In this document: positions 25,478-38,738 of the stretch, in pieces
Layout: the number at the start of each line of letters is the position of its first letter
Numbering within the stretch: position 1 is the stretch's first letter
DNA from: the human T2T-CHM13v2.0 reference genome, Homo sapiens
NCBI GenBank assembly: GCA_009914755.4
Contig: CP068257.2
Location: 38,048,001-38,112,000 of the forward strand
Reading direction: 5' to 3'
Length of the DNA: 64,000 nt
Notes under the pieces: generated by a model
What the model was told of the DNA's origin: nothing
Database searches by the model: none
The model's input: the letters and a program-made list of their open reading frames with translations, nothing else
Position numbers and translations under genes: made by a program

Positions 25478-26229
25478 CTTCCTAACAATGCCACCCCAAA
25501 CCATTTCCACAGAAACCAGGTTGCTTTAAGTGGGCTTTCTTGGACTTTCCCATTTGACTAAATAGCAACTCTGCAGAAAGGTAGGCATCTCCATGGGCAA
25601 TGCAAAACAAGAAAGCTGACATTTGGCTAAGGGCTTACCTGCAACAGTTACATCATGTTACACAAAATTCAGAGTTAAATGAGCATATGAGAGGGACATG
25701 GTTCAACCTGTATCTTCTGTGAAATGCTCTTCTTGCTGTTACATAATATTTTACATGTTTATGGGGTACCTGTGATATTGTGCTGCATGCACAGACTGTG
25801 TAATGATCAAGTCAGGGTATTTGGCATATCTGTCACCTTAAGCATTTATCATTTCTATGCGTTGGAAACATTTCAAGGCCTCTCTTCCAGCTACTTTGAA
25901 ATATACAGTACACTGTTGCTAATTATAGCCTTCCTACTCTCCTGTTGAACATTAGAACTTATTCCTTCTATGTAACTGTATGTTTTTATCTGCTAACCAA
26001 CCTCTCTTCATCCCCCTCCCACCCATACAACCTTTCCTAGCCTCTGGTGTCTATCATTCCACTGTCTACCTCCATGAGATCAACTTTCTTATCTCCCACA
26101 TATGATTGAGAACAGCTAATATTTGTCTTTCTGTGCCTGGCTTATTTCACTTAACATGATGACTTTTGGTTCCCTCCATGTTACTGCAAATGACAGTTTC
26201 ATTCTCTTTTATGGCCACACAGTATTTCA

Positions 26230-26231
<2 letters not shown>

Positions 26232-26291
<60 letters not shown>
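26232..26291. repeat. (TA)25 followed by (CA)4
   Basis: Read directly. Confidence 0.95.
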
Positions 26292-26367
26292 TATGTTTTT
26301 AATGTGATATGTTTCTTATTATAAAAAGCTCTCAGGCTTGTCCTTAGGCATTAGAACATTTAGAAAC

Positions 26368-26402
26368 ATCTATCTATCTATCTTATCTATCATCTATCTA
26401 CC

Positions 26403-26449
<47 letters not shown>

Positions 26450-26477
26450 CCATCTCTATCTGTCATCTATCTGCCTG

Positions 26478-26535
<58 letters not shown>

Positions 26536-26543
26536 CATTTACC

Positions 26544-26588
<45 letters not shown>

Positions 26589-26648
26589 ATCTATCCGTCT
26601 ACCTAATATATCATCTATCTATGTATCTATCTATCTAATCTATCATCT

Positions 26649-26710
<62 letters not shown>

Positions 26711-26730
26711 ATCTATCTATCTGTCTATCC
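26368..26730. repeat. Complex (TCTA)n tetranucleotide array with TCTG/TCCA/CATC interruptions
   Basis: Read directly. Longest pure run is about (ATCT)19 at 26468-26545. Confidence 0.9.
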
Positions 26731-26926
26731 TACTCCCTGCCATGGTTGGCCCAAGAGCATTTTAAATTATATAGATAATCTTTGCTAATCCTTCCTGCTT
26801 TTTCCGATAATTGTAGGGGAAAACGGCCAAGGAGGGGCCTTCAGTGGATACATACATAAAATAATTTAAAATGTTGACAAAAGGTAAATTCCCATGATCT
26901 AGAGACAGAGTGGTTCTTAATCTAGA

Positions 26927-27100
26927 GAGTGGTTCTCAACTCAGGCTGAACACTGTAATGACCCAAGGACCTTGAAAAATACCGATGCTTGGGTCTTTCC
27001 TGAGAGATTTTGATTTAATTGGTCTGGTTACATCCTGAGCATCAGGAGTTTTAAAAGCTCTCCAGGTGATTCTAATGCGGCCAGGCCTGAGAAGCACTGC
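26927..27100 (+). mobile_element. MER5-like hAT-Charlie non-autonomous DNA transposon with terminal inverted repeats
   Basis: 5' end agagtggttctcaactcagg and 3' end ctccaggtgattctaatgcggccaggcctgagaagcactg. The consensus has cagtggttctcaaa ... ctccaggtgattctgatgcacactaaagtttgagaaccactg. Confidence 0.5.
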
Positions 27101-27214
27101 TCTAGGGAGGATACTGACCTCTAGAGATGGAAGTGAAAGAGGTCATTGTTTATCTCTGACGGATCATAGACACTCTTGTCTTCGTATGTTTATTTATTCA
27201 GCAATACAGATTTT

Positions 27215-28130
27215 CCATCAGTTTTTTTTCCATTTAATAGACTTTATTTTTTAAAGCAGTTTTAGTTCACAGCAAAAGTGAGAAGGTACAGAGATTTCCC
27301 ATATACCCCTCTCCCTATCCATGTATAGCCTCCCCTACTATCGATGGTCCCCAATAGAGTGGTGGTGCATTTGTTACAATCAGTGAACCTACACTGACAC
27401 GTCGCTATCACCCAGAGTCCATAGTTTACATTAGGGTTCACTCTTGGTGCTTTGTAAATTCTGTGGGTTTGGACAAATGTATAATGATATGCATACACCT
27501 TATCACATCATGCAGAATAGTTTCACTGCCTTAAAAATCTTCTGTGCTCTGCCCATTTATCCTTCTCTCTCTTCTGGCCCCTGGTAACAACTGATTTTTT
27601 TAATAGTCTCCATAGTTTGCCTTTTCCAGAATGTCATATGGTTGAAATCATACTGTATGCAGCCTCTTCAGATTGGCTTTTTTCACTTAGAAATGTGCAT
27701 TTAAGTTTCCTTCCCATATTTTTGTAGCTTGTTATCTCATTTCTTGTCTTTTCAGTGCTGAATAATATTTTCTTGTTTTGAGGTATCACAGTTTATCCAT
27801 TCACCTATTGCTTCTAAGTCTTGACAATTACGAATAAAGCTGCTATAAACATCTATGTGCAGCTGTTGTGCGGATCTAACTTTTCAGTTCCTTTGGAAAG
27901 ACACCAAGGAGTGTGATTGCTGGATCATACGGTAAAAGTGTGTTTAGTTTTGTGCAAAACTGCCAAACTGTCTTCCAAAGTAGCTGCACCATTTTGCATT
28001 CCCACCAGCAGTGAGTAAAAGTTCCCGTTGCTCCACTTTCCCACCAGCATTTGGTGTTGTCAGTGTTCTGGATTTTGACCTTTCTAATAAGTGTGTAGTA
28101 TTATTAACTATTTATTTATTATTTGTTGGA
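27215..28130 (-). mobile_element. L1M (older mammalian LINE-1) 3' end, antisense
   Basis: T-rich start, then ...cattcacctattgcttctaagtcttgacaattacgaataaagctgctataaacatctatgtgcag ... caaactgtcttccaaagtagctgcaccattttgcattcccaccagcagtgagtaaaagttcccgttgctccac, a classic L1 antisense 3' region. Confidence 0.65.
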
Positions 28131-28134
28131 TTTT

Positions 28135-29090
28135 TTAAACTTTTATTTTATTCAGGGGTACATGTGCAGGTTTGTTATAGAGGTGAATTGCTTGTTGTAA
28201 GGAGTTGCTGTAAAGATTATTTTGGCTGGGCGTGGTGGCTCACGCCTGTAATCCCAGCATGTTGGGAGGCTGAGGCGGGTGGATCACGAGGTCAGGGGTT
28301 CGAGACCAGCCTGACCAACATGGTGAAACCCCATCTCTACTAAAAATACAAAAAAAAAAAAAAAATAGCTGGGCGTGGTGGCGGGCGCCTGTAATCCCAG
28401 CTACTCAGGAGGCTGTGGCAGGAGAATTGCCAGTGAGCCGAGATCACGCCACTGCACTCCAGCCTGGGCGACAGAGCGAGACTCCATCTCAATAAAAAAA
28501 AAAAAAAAAAAGATTATTTCACCGCCTAGGTAATAAGCATGGTACCTGATAGGTAGTTTTTTGATTGTTACCCTCCTCCCACCCTCCACCCTCAAGTAAG
28601 GCCCATTGTCTGTTGTTCCCTCCTTTGTGTCCGTGTGTACTCAGTGTTCAGCTCACACTTGTAAGTGAGAACATGTGGTATTTGGTTTTCTGTTCCTGTG
28701 TTAGTTTGCTGAGAATAATGACCTCCAGCTCCATCCACGTCACTGCAAAGGACATGATCCCCTTCTTCTTAAGGCTGCAAAGTATTCCATGGTGTATATT
28801 ATATGTACCACATTTTATTTATTCAGTCTACCATTCATGGGCATTTACACTGATTTGATTCCATGTCTTTGCTATTGTGAATAGTGCTTCAATGATCGTA
28901 TGTGTGCATGTGTCTTTATGGTAGAATGATTTACATTCCTTTGGGTAGATAGCCAGTAATGGCATTGCTGGGCCAAATGGTAATTCTGTTTTAAGTTCTT
29001 TCGGGGGTCACCACATTGCTTTCCACAATGGCTGAGCTAATTTACATTCCCACCAGCAGTGTTTAATCATTGTTGGATTTAATTCCTACT
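28135..29090 (-). mobile_element. L1P (primate LINE-1) 3'UTR plus ORF2 end, antisense, interrupted by an Alu
   Basis: aaacttttattttattcaggggtacatgtgcaggtttgttatag ... ccctcctcccaccctccaccctcaagtaaggcccattgtctgttgttccc...cacacttgtaagtgagaacatgtggtatttggttttctgttcctgtgttagtttgctgagaataatgacctccagctccatcc...ggtagatagccagtaatggcattgctgggccaaatgg...ttacattcccaccagcagtg. Confidence 0.7.
28224..28511 (+). mobile_element. Alu SINE inserted into the L1P 3'UTR, with target-site duplication
   Basis: ggctgggcgtggtggctcacgcctgtaatcccagcatgttgggaggctgaggcgggtggatcacgaggtcagg ... cagagcgagactccatctcaataaaaaaaaaaaaaaaaa. Flanked by aaagattattt on both sides (28212-28222 and 28509-28520). Confidence 0.9.
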
Positions 29091-29149
29091 TAAAAAGAAT
29101 ACATGCTAAATGCTCTCCAGACTTAAGTAGTGTTGTGTTTTTGGTATTA

Positions 29150-31900
29150 TTTGTCTTTCGTCTACGTTTTCACATTAAAAAATGAAGTATACATGAAGCT
29201 TGAAACAACCGCACAGTTTAATGAATCACTGTAAGGCGAATGCAGGAAACCATAACCTGGTCAACCAGCACTTAGAAGCTCCTTTCATGCCTCGCCTGAA
29301 AAATAACTCCTGATTCTTTTGATAATCCATTTCTTGCCTTTAGAGTTCTGCCTATGCATGTATTCCTAAACAATCCAGTTGTTTCCTTGTATTTAAAAAT
29401 TGTTTAGCTTTGTAGCTATAGTTTACTCATTACTGTAGGATGTTCCATTGCGTGAATATAACATAATTGACCCTCTCTATTGTTGATGGACATTTTTGTT
29501 GTTTGCATCTATTGGCTATTACGAATGATGTGTTTTGAACAGTCTCAGTGATGTCCCCTGTGCCCAAATGCACTAATTTCCTTGGAGCATATGTTCCTAG
29601 TGTGGCATTGCTGGATGATGCATATTTTCGACTTTAATACAAAATATAAATGGATTTCCAGATTGATTATACTAACTTAGCCCCACAAACAGTATATGAG
29701 AGGTCTCGTTGCTTTAAATATTCCATAGCACTGGTATTCCCAGTTCCGTAGTGTTTACCAGTATGGTGCGTGGGTAACAGTGTTTCCTTGAAGTTTTAAT
29801 TTGAGTTTCCTCAATTAATAAAGAGACTCAGAATATGCAGCAAATGCTTCTGTTGCACTGTGTTACATCGCCTTGGCTCACCATCTGTTTCTTGGGTTTT
29901 ATTTGCTGTTCCTTTTCTTACTCCTTGAGGTGTGTTCTCGGCCCATTCATTTCAGCCCTTCTTCCTTTCTATCTGTGTATTCAGGGCTGTGTGTTTCTTC
30001 CTACACACAGCTTTAACTGCAGCCTACAAGTTTTGACATGTAGCATTTCCATACACTTTCAGTTAGGTAATGTTTATTATCTAACTGATGATAATTTCTC
30101 AGGCACGTGCATTAGATCACATTTGTTTATCCATGATATTCATTTTTGCTGTCTTTTGGTCTGCCTGTTCTATCAATTACTGACAGAAAAATGTTAAAAT
30201 TGTCCCATAAGTATTGTGGATTTTGCTTCATATAGTTTGAAGCCAAGTTATTGGATATATAGTAATTAAAAAGAGTTATATCACCTTGGTCATCCGAGCG
30301 TTGCATCATTGTGAGTGACCCATTTTAACTCAAGTAATGTTTTGTGCCTTCCACTCTTGTTGATTTTAATATATCAGCTTTATCTTTCTTGCTTGTTGCA
30401 TGCTGTCTTTTTCCCATCCTTCAATGTTCAACCTTAGTATATCCCTATATTTTACATGTATCTTTTGTAAATAGCTTACAGCGAGATTTTTGTCTAATCC
30501 AACAGTTTTTATGCCTTTTAGCTGGAGTATTTAATTTATTTACATTTAATATAATTATTGACATATTTGGATTTTCCATTATTTTGAGCTTTGTATTTGT
30601 ATTACCTGTTCTGTTTCCTTTTTTTCTCCCATCTTGATTTATTTTGGGTTTAATTATTTTTTTCCCTCTAATAGTTTGGAAATTGTGAACTCTGATTCTA
30701 TTGCTTTAGTGGTCACTCTGAAACCACACAGCCATACTTCTTTGATAAGAATCTAGAATTAGTCAATGCCTTTATCCTCTTCTTGGATAATACAAAGAGT
30801 TTAAACATGTTAATTATAATTATTCTCCTCCTGACACGAGTTAATATTGTCATATATTATAACTCTCTCATTTTAACACCATTAATTGTTATTATTATTC
30901 TTTTATAGGTAATGTTTACTTATCTTTGCCCATCTCAGACCTTCCATCTGGAATTGTTTTCCTTCTGCGGAAAGTACCTCCTTGAAAATTAATATAGAAT
31001 TGGGAGTTAGCAGTTGTTTTCTTTTAGGACATTGAAGATTTCATTCCAACCACCCTTTGGCTTCCATTGTTGCTGCTGAGAAACCAGCTACTGGTCTAAC
31101 TATCATTTCTTTGCTTTAAGATTTTTTTTCCTTGTCTGGTATTCTGCATTTTCACTATAGATATGGATTTATTTTTATTTACTCTTTGTGGGAATCATTG
31201 GACTTCTTGAATTGCTGATACTTCCAAGGCTGTCTTTTATAATTTGAACTTAGGGAGCGTGGGCGTCTTGGAATCTGTATCTGAAGTCTTGCGAGTCTGT
31301 TTTGTCATTTGTTATTCTTCTCCACAGTGCCTTGTGACCTTGTGTGGTTGACTTCCTTTGACTGGGCGCTGATCATTGCTCTTAAAATTATTTGTGGGAT
31401 TCCCTGAGGCCTAGGATGAAAGTGCCTGCCTTCAGCTCTGAGGTCCACTCCCTAGACATGTAGGTGCACTACCTTTTGGTACGCTTCAGCTTCACAGCTT
31501 GAGGTTTCTTGGAATGCTCCAGTGTGGTGGATCTGGGCTTCAAATCTGCCAAGCACCTGCCCACTTTTGGACATATTTTCTCCTTTCTTGTTTTTTTATA
31601 TTGCACTAAGCACCAAAGGCAGCATTCTTCACAGCTGTTTGTGGGTGAGAGGAAAGAAGCAGGCTCACCCCAGCCCTTATTGTGGAGCTGTGTATGGTTG
31701 CAATGAATGTGCTAGGAGCCTAAAAGACTCACAAACTTTGGTGGGTCCTGAGTTTTAATTTCTGTCCCTCCCAACTCTGTGAATCTATCAAAACACAGCT
31801 TAATCTTGCAATCTGGACTGGCTGAAGGTAAAGGGGATCAAGCATTTCATTGACTTCTCTGGGGTCTTGCTTTCCTTTAGGTCTAGGCTTGGTCATTCAT
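29150..31900 (-). mobile_element. Second L1M copy (3'UTR plus ORF2-region remnants), antisense
   Basis: ccattgcgtgaatataacataattgaccctctctattgttgatggacatttttgttgtttgcatctattggctattacgaatgatg ... catatgttcctagtgtggcattgctggatgatgcatatt repeats the same L1 region seen at 27790-28110, so it is a separate copy. T-rich antisense ORF2-like sequence continues to about 31.9 kb. Right boundary is uncertain. Confidence 0.5.
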
Positions 31901-32029
31901 CACTATGTTGTCAACTCTTCATGCGTATAAGAAAATGTAAAAAACATTTAGACAGCATTTTAAATTATTTCCAGAAGATTATTGATCTCAACAATTTAGC
32001 CCAGTATTGTTCAAGAGTATGTTCTGTGG

Positions 32030-32195
32030 GGATGGAAATGTTCTGTATTTGAGCTTTCCAATATGGTAGCCACTGCCTTCTGTGGCTATTGAGCACCAAA
32101 AATGTAGATAGCACACCTGATGAATTAAATTTTTTATTTTACTTGATTTAAAATTTACATAGCCACATGTGATTGTGGCTACCATATTGGACAGT
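32030..32195. mobile_element. Palindromic MER-type (hAT-like) DNA transposon remnant
   Basis: ccaatatggtagccactgcc at 32038 and gtggctaccatattggacag at 32170 are reverse complements. Internal AT-rich ttaaattttttattttacttgatttaaaatttacatagccacatgtg matches the tggtagccac...gccacatgtggctatttaaatt family. Confidence 0.35.
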
Positions 32196-32437
32196 GCAGC
32201 TCTAGTCCATAAACAGTTACCAGAAACAAGAATGCTTTTATTCTTTAGATTTCCTTTGGTTGAGCAGATAACTGTCTGCAATGCATCTAGCCCAGCTCCC
32301 AGAATCTTGGTGAAACATAGAGGTATTTTTGGGTTTACTTAAATTTCCTATTCATATAGTAAGGCTGTATACTTTATATAAAACATAAAATTTTTGTTTT
32401 ATTAAAAAATTATTAATTAGTTAATTTATTTAGAGAC

Positions 32438-32551
32438 ATGGTCTTGCTCTGTCATCCAGGCTGGAGTGCAGTGGCATGGTCATAGCTCACTGTACCCTTG
32501 AACTTCTGGGATCAAATGATCCTCCCACCTCAGCCTCCCAAAGCACTGGGG
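32438..32551 (-). mobile_element. Alu right-arm fragment
   Basis: gagacatggtcttgctctgtcatccaggctggagtgcagtggcatggtcatagctcactgtacc...cctcccacctcagcctcccaaagcactggg. Confidence 0.7.
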
Positions 32552-34020
32552 GAAAAACGTCGTTTTAAGTATCACCATAATGAGTAGGTAGAATGCCGTT
32601 TCTTAAGATGAGTCACTTAAGCATAGGAGAGATACATACTTTATGGATCTTTTTGGTCACAAACTTTAATACAATAAACTACAGTTTGCTTGTCATTCCA
32701 AGGCCAACCTCAACAACGTAAGCCCTGTACTTAGTCTTAGAGAAATATTTATCTAGATAAATAAAAAAAGCAAAGCAACAAAAACATGAATGGAGTAATT
32801 TTCCACCTGGCTGGCTGCTTCCACACCTCTCACCCGCTGCAGGCAGCAGTAGGTGTGTGGAGGAGGGCGACGACATGTCCCGCAGCAAGAGTGTCTACCC
32901 CTAATAGTCTCACAAAACTCTGTTGCTTCTTGCTGGGAGATGAAAACAGCTTGAGGACAGGGTTTTTGTCTCATGTGTTTGTTCCACTCTGCAGAACCAA
33001 GCTTCGAACTGTACTTCATGCACTACGATGGCACAGAAAAGATTTTCTGGGTGAAACCATTTTGGTGCCATTGTCTTGTAATTATTAGGAAATCAAAAAC
33101 AGCACAGAATTATTATTTCCTCCAGTATTCTGGAGGATCCTACACTTTGCATCACAGCAGCTGGCTTTGTCTTGGCTACAGCCTCCTCCCTTCTTGTTTC
33201 TCTGGTAACAAATGCTCACCTCTGTTGACAGGGTGATCCAGGGCTGGCCAATCAGAGTGCCTCACTCCCGGCTCCCTGACCCTGGAATTGTTCATGGATG
33301 GCAGCAAGCCCAGATCAGAGTCCTTCTTTGAGGCTGTTCTTACCAGAATCTCAGGAGGCCCTACATGCGTCTCTCGGGGAGCCACAAGAGTGGGGGCCAG
33401 CTGCTTTACCCTGTAGTCCTTGCCATTTGGAGAAGGCCTCTCAGTAGGAGGAGAGAAGGACACCAAGCAGGGAGGCGAGAGGTGTGGGTGATGGCAGAGG
33501 GGGTCCCACTGGTGTCTGGTCCCCAGTTCCCGTCGCTGAGGCCCCCGGAACTGGCCAGGTTCTCTAGTTCTTCCAGCTCTTTGAACTCTGCTAGTATCCT
33601 TTCAACAAGTTAATTTTCTGTTATAAATGATCCTTAATTGGGTTTCTGCCACTTGCAACAAATATCTTTTATCCTAAATTGTTAAAATGAAAAGTGTGTG
33701 TGTTGGGGGCACATTTTCAGGGGAAAGAAAATTCCCACCAGCTTTGGAATCAGCTGAGGTGGGTAAGTATATTCTTCCCCATGTTCTTCCAGCACGATTC
33801 TTTTGTCCCTCTGTTTCTTCAATAGTTTTTAGTGGACATTATCCTACAATTCAAATACCAAATGCATTTCTCATCCAAGATGAGCTGTGTCACCAATGAA
33901 CAAGAAGAGCGCCAGCATTGTGATTTTTTTTTTAAACAGAACTTTCAGGGTACAGAAAATAACACCACCCTGTCCAAATTTAGGGCCACACTGTCATCGA
34001 GGGATAATCAGTGTTTTTGG

Positions 34021-34394
<374 letters not shown>

Positions 34395-35481
34395 TGAAAC
34401 ATTGTCTTTTTAACCTAAATACAAGAAACATGATTAGAACTCAATATATTGACATGTTCACCAAAAGTTCATGGCAGCACATTTCATACTAGCCCCAAAT
34501 GGGAAACAATCCAAATGATATAATGGATATATTGTCATTTGTTCAGTGGGATACCACACGGCAAAGAAAAGGAATGAACCAGCATCACATACACCAACGT
34601 GGGTGAATCCCACAAACGTGGTTCAGAGTGGAAACCAAACAGAGAGAATAAAATGTGTTTACATAAAGTCCCCAAACAGGCAAAACTAATCAATGGTATT
34701 GGAAGTCTTGACTATGGTCATTGTCCCTAATCTGTGAGAGGAAGTGAGTTGGAGGAACTTGCAGGGACGAGGTGGGGAGCAGGGCTTCTGGGCTGCTGAC
34801 CACGTTCCATGATGTGATCTGGGCAGTTACCCACGTGTGATTGCTTAGTAAGAATATATCAGTTTGTGTGCTTACAACTTGTGAACTTTTCTGCATGTGA
34901 CTTATGAATAAAAAAGTCTGAAATAAAACCAATACTCTGGAGGGAAAAATACCATAAGGAATGAGGAGTGCCTGGGAAAAGCTCCCTGTGAACTACTCAG
35001 ACATTCGCTAAGGAGAAAGCAAATGCAAGTTGGATGGGATAGTGGCTAAACGGAACTCATAGGGGAGAAATTATTGGCATTGAGAGGATGAGTTCTTTCT
35101 CTGGACTCCCTTGGAGCTTTGATATTGGCCTGTCATTAGAATTTGGGTGGCAAGCCTGCCTTATGATAAAGACTGAAGTTCTTCAAAGGATCTCCATATA
35201 ACTCAGCCTTTTGCTAAACTTCTAAAAAATGAACAATTAATCAGTTCATCAACTCTCAGAGATTGTAAAAGCCAAAATGATTTAGATAAAGCAGGAAAAT
35301 CAGAGCAGAGGAGACAGTTATGGCATATGAGAAACCTGTTCACTACTCAAGTTGGCCCTGACATCAGGCCAGGAATACAGAGCAAGGTTCGCCATTGTTC
35401 TGCCCACCAAATGCTCTTTTCTAGTCCTAATGCAAAATGATGGTCTCTACTTAGACCTGAGGCACAAAGAAAACATTTCAG

Positions 35482-35778
35482 GGCTGGGCAGTGGCTCATG
35501 CCTGTAATCTAGAACTTTGGGAGGCTGAGATGGGTGGATTGCTTGAGCCCAGGAGTTCGAGACCAGCAATGGGTCACATGGAAAAATCCCATCTCTACAA
35601 AAAAAATACAAAAATTAGCCAGGCGGGTTGGCACGCATCTGTAGTCTCAGCTGCTTGGAGGGCTGAGGTGGGAGGGTCACTTGAGCCCAGGAGGTCGAGG
35701 CTGCAGTGAGCTGTGATTGTGCTACTGTACTCCGGCCTGGGTAACAGAGCAAGACCCAGTCTCAAACAAACAAACAGA
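35482..35778 (+). mobile_element. Alu SINE with (CAAA)n tail
   Basis: ggctgggcagtggctcatgcctgtaatctagaactttgggaggctgagatgggtggattgcttgagcccaggagttcgagaccagc ... gagcaagacccagtctcaaacaaacaaacag. Confidence 0.9.
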
Positions 35779-35894
35779 ATATTTCAGAAGGGTCTTCTAC
35801 TCCCTATGCAAACTGCTAAGCCAGCAAGTCCCACAGGGGTACAGATGGAAGGGGCCTTTGCTAATCCCTGAGGGAAATGTCAGCTGGGGTTTTT

Positions 35895-36225
35895 CTTACA
35901 AAGTTAGCATATACTGGGGAGCTTGGAAACAAGAGAAACGTGTTTCTCACAGTTCTGGAGGATGGAAGTCCGAGATCAGGATGCTGGCATGGTCAGGTTC
36001 TGATGAGGGATTTCTTCCAGGTTGCAGACTATCACCTTCTTGCTGTAGCTTCTCATGGTGGAAGGGGCAAGGCAGCTTTCTGGGGGTCCCCTTTATATGG
36101 CGCTAATCCCATGCATGAGGGTTTGACCCTCATATCCTAGTTACCTCCCATAGGCCCCACCTCCTAATACCATCAACTTGGGGACTAGGTTTTAGCATCT
36201 GAATTACCGGGGAGAGCACACAAAC
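35895..36225 (-). mobile_element. MaLR LTR (MST/MLT-type), reverse orientation
   Basis: ctcacagttctggaggatggaagtccgagatcaggatgctggcatggtcagg ... gcgctaatcccatgcatgagggtttgaccctcatatcctagttacctcccataggccccacctcctaataccatcaacttggggactaggttttagcatctgaat. Confidence 0.45.
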
Positions 36226-36489
36226 ATTCAGACCTCAACAGGAGGCGAGCCTCTTGGCCCCCCTGCTAGCATCCATCTGCAGCTGGGCACCCTGTCTGGT
36301 TCTCCAACGTCACTTGTACAAAATAGCGCACTCCTTCCCTCCAGCAGCTGCTCCTCTTCTTCCTCAGACCCCCCGCCTCAAATCAGGGAATCCTCAAGAT
36401 TCATGGAATTGACCACTGGGTTGCATTGTCAGCTCCTATCTCCCTGTCCTCCACCCAATTAGTCACCAGACTCACCCCTCGCCTCATCT

Positions 36490-36650
36490 CAGGAATAGTG
36501 GTTCTCATCCTCAGCCCATGCTCAAGCCCCTGGAGAGCTTTGGAGTCACAGACACCAGAGACTCTGTTCTGGGGGGTGTAGCATGGGCCTTCATACCTTA
36601 GACGTCCTCCAGGTGATTCTGATGTGCAGCCCAGGCTGAGAACCTCCACT
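36490..36650 (+). mobile_element. MER5-like hAT-Charlie DNA transposon copy
   Basis: aatagtggttctcatcc ... tcctccaggtgattctgatgtgcagcccaggctgagaacctccactc. Confidence 0.45.
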
Positions 36651-37063
36651 CTGCAATCAGCCTCTTTCCCTGCACTGCTGGGCTGATGGTCCTCATTTCC
36701 TCCCTCATTCTCTCTCCTCCACACTACAGTTTCCTAACTGATCTGCATATGTCCAGTCTCCCTATTCTTGTTCGCTTGTCCTGACCTGTTGATATCCTAA
36801 TTTAAACTCTAACCCTGATGTTCAAAACTTTCCAAAGGTCAGTTTCTGCCCACCTTCTCAACCTCCCCTTGCTCTGCCCACCCCATGCACCCACACCTGT
36901 AGGTACACAGGTCTGATCCCCTTTCATCAACCTGCTGCACCTTCCTGTTGAAGCTCTCCTCTGTCGACACCCAGTCGGATCTCCACACCTCTGGGAAAGC
37001 TTCCTGGATCATTCAATTATGTAACAAATCTCTTCCTTCTCCACTTCCTTACAGCATGTGTTA

Positions 37064-37221
<158 letters not shown>

Positions 37222-37404
37222 TAATGTCCAGGAAATACAGTCTGCCCTGCGTTCCGTATATTTATGGATTTGGGCCCCATCCACTGCATATGATAAACGA
37301 CCTTGCCTCCTCTGAATCTAGAATGGCAATGAAATTCCACTCATGGGAGAATTGAGAAGTAGCTGCTCAAATAATTTCTTTATTCTGTAGTTCAGATGAA
37401 GAAC

Positions 37405-37597
37405 CTTTTTTTTTTTTTTTTTTTTAATGGAGTCTCCCTCCGTTACCCCGGCTGGAGTGCACCGCCGCCATCTAGGCTCACTGCAACCTCCGCCTCCTGG
37501 GTTCAAACAATTCTCCTACTTCAGCCTCCCATGTAGCTGGGATTACAGATGCATGCCACCACGCAGGGATAATTTTTGTATTTTTAGAAGAGATGGA
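37405..37597 (-). mobile_element. Alu fragment (3' arm plus tail), reverse orientation
   Basis: t(21)aatggagtctccctccgttaccccggctggagtgcaccgccgccatctaggctcactgcaacctccgcctcctgggttcaaacaattctcctacttcagcctcccatgtagctgggattacag. Confidence 0.75.
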
Positions 37598-38641
37598 AGT
37601 CTTTCTTTATTGTGGATGTCCTGTGACTTTGAAATAAATGAAATAGTCTATTCTGAACCTGAATTCTAGAGGCAATGGGATTTGAATCAGTGTTGGAACA
37701 TTCTTTCCATACCCTTTTCCCCTTTTGTTACTCCACTCTAAAGACTACCAGGTAAAAATATTCCATTTCACCAGCTCCTTTGCAGCTAAAGGGCTCTTCA
37801 CACAATTCTGGCTGATGAGATATAGGCAGAAGTCCCTGGGGGAGGATTCTCCTGTGCTTTTCCTCTTCTGTCTTCCTGAAATGTAGATGTAATAGCTGGA
37901 GGAGCAGCAGTCATCTTTTCGCCTTTAGAATCACATGACGATGATGATGATGAAGCTGAAGACAGTAAACACCTTATGAGCAGCTTTGTTGGCTTTGGAC
38001 TTTTACCCTTAAACTCGATGTTATGTGAGAAAATTAACCTTGTTACTTGTTGAAGCTATCCTTTGTCAAGTTTTCTGTTTTTGCAAAAAAAAAAAGAAAG
38101 AAAAAAAAGAAAAGAAAAAAGCCTTATATCTTTATATCTCCATACTCTCTCACACACTTGGGAGAGTGTTCTTAAACTAGTCTGCTTTAAGTTCATGCAT
38201 TAGAAACAAAGGTGCACTCTTAACAGCAATAAGATAATTAACAAGTCTTTTATTTCCTGCAGCTCATTTTCCTTTTACCTCTTATAAATCTCTTGCACTC
38301 ATTAAAAGAACCTGCTGAGAACTTATTATCAGCTGAGCTCTGGACATAGCATAGTGAGCTGGCCACACAGCATCACTGGCAGTGGTATGCTGATAAATGC
38401 TTGAGGGTAAGGAGACCTGGTTTGAGCATTTGTCAATTTCTGTGATGTAAACACTCCCACCATGGTTGAGCCTCCAACAGAGACCTCGCTGAAGGGAGAT
38501 TTAGGAAGAGATGTTCTCAATTGGTTCTTGGGAGTCCTGGGAGCCGGCTGCACTACCCTCTGAAGACAGTGCCCCAAGAGAGCAGACCAGGGCCCTTGCT
38601 AAAATCATTTTCTTAAGGGTAAGCCTTAGAGTATAGCTTAT

Positions 38642-38738
38642 CTATTGTATGTTGCCTTTGGCTCTTAACCATTCTCCTTGGGATCTTGATTACACTATTA
38701 ATTTGCTTAGCAAACACTTCCCTCAGAGTATAACAAAA
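38642..38738. repeat. Arm A of a 97-bp near-perfect inverted repeat (partner at 39391-39487)
   Basis: ctattgtatgttgcctttggctcttaaccattctccttgggatcttgattacactattaatttgcttagcaaacacttccctcagagtataacaaaa. Its reverse complement matches 39391-39487 at 95/97 positions. Confidence 0.85.

Noticed and set aside
25285-25494. Minus-strand ORF with (VM)n repeat peptide
   Set aside because: It is a translation of the (CCATTA)n hexanucleotide microsatellite.
28565-28858. ORF 28565-28858(+) and ORF 40515-40733(+) (…VQLPLMSENMWCLVFCSCVSLLRMM…)
   Set aside because: Both are the antisense strand of the L1 3'UTR/ORF2 end (…cacttatgagtgagaacatgtggtgtttggttttctgttcctgtgttagtttgctgagaatgatgg…). These are recurrent spurious ORFs in L1 copies.
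33719-33765. Micro-exon-like unit: acceptor cacattttcag| at 33720 and strong donor tgg|gtaagtat at 33764 bracketing 43 nt
   Set aside because: Splice-like signals of this quality occur by chance every few kb. There is no supporting frame, conservation cue or CpG retention around it. Could be revisited if RNA-seq junctions exist.
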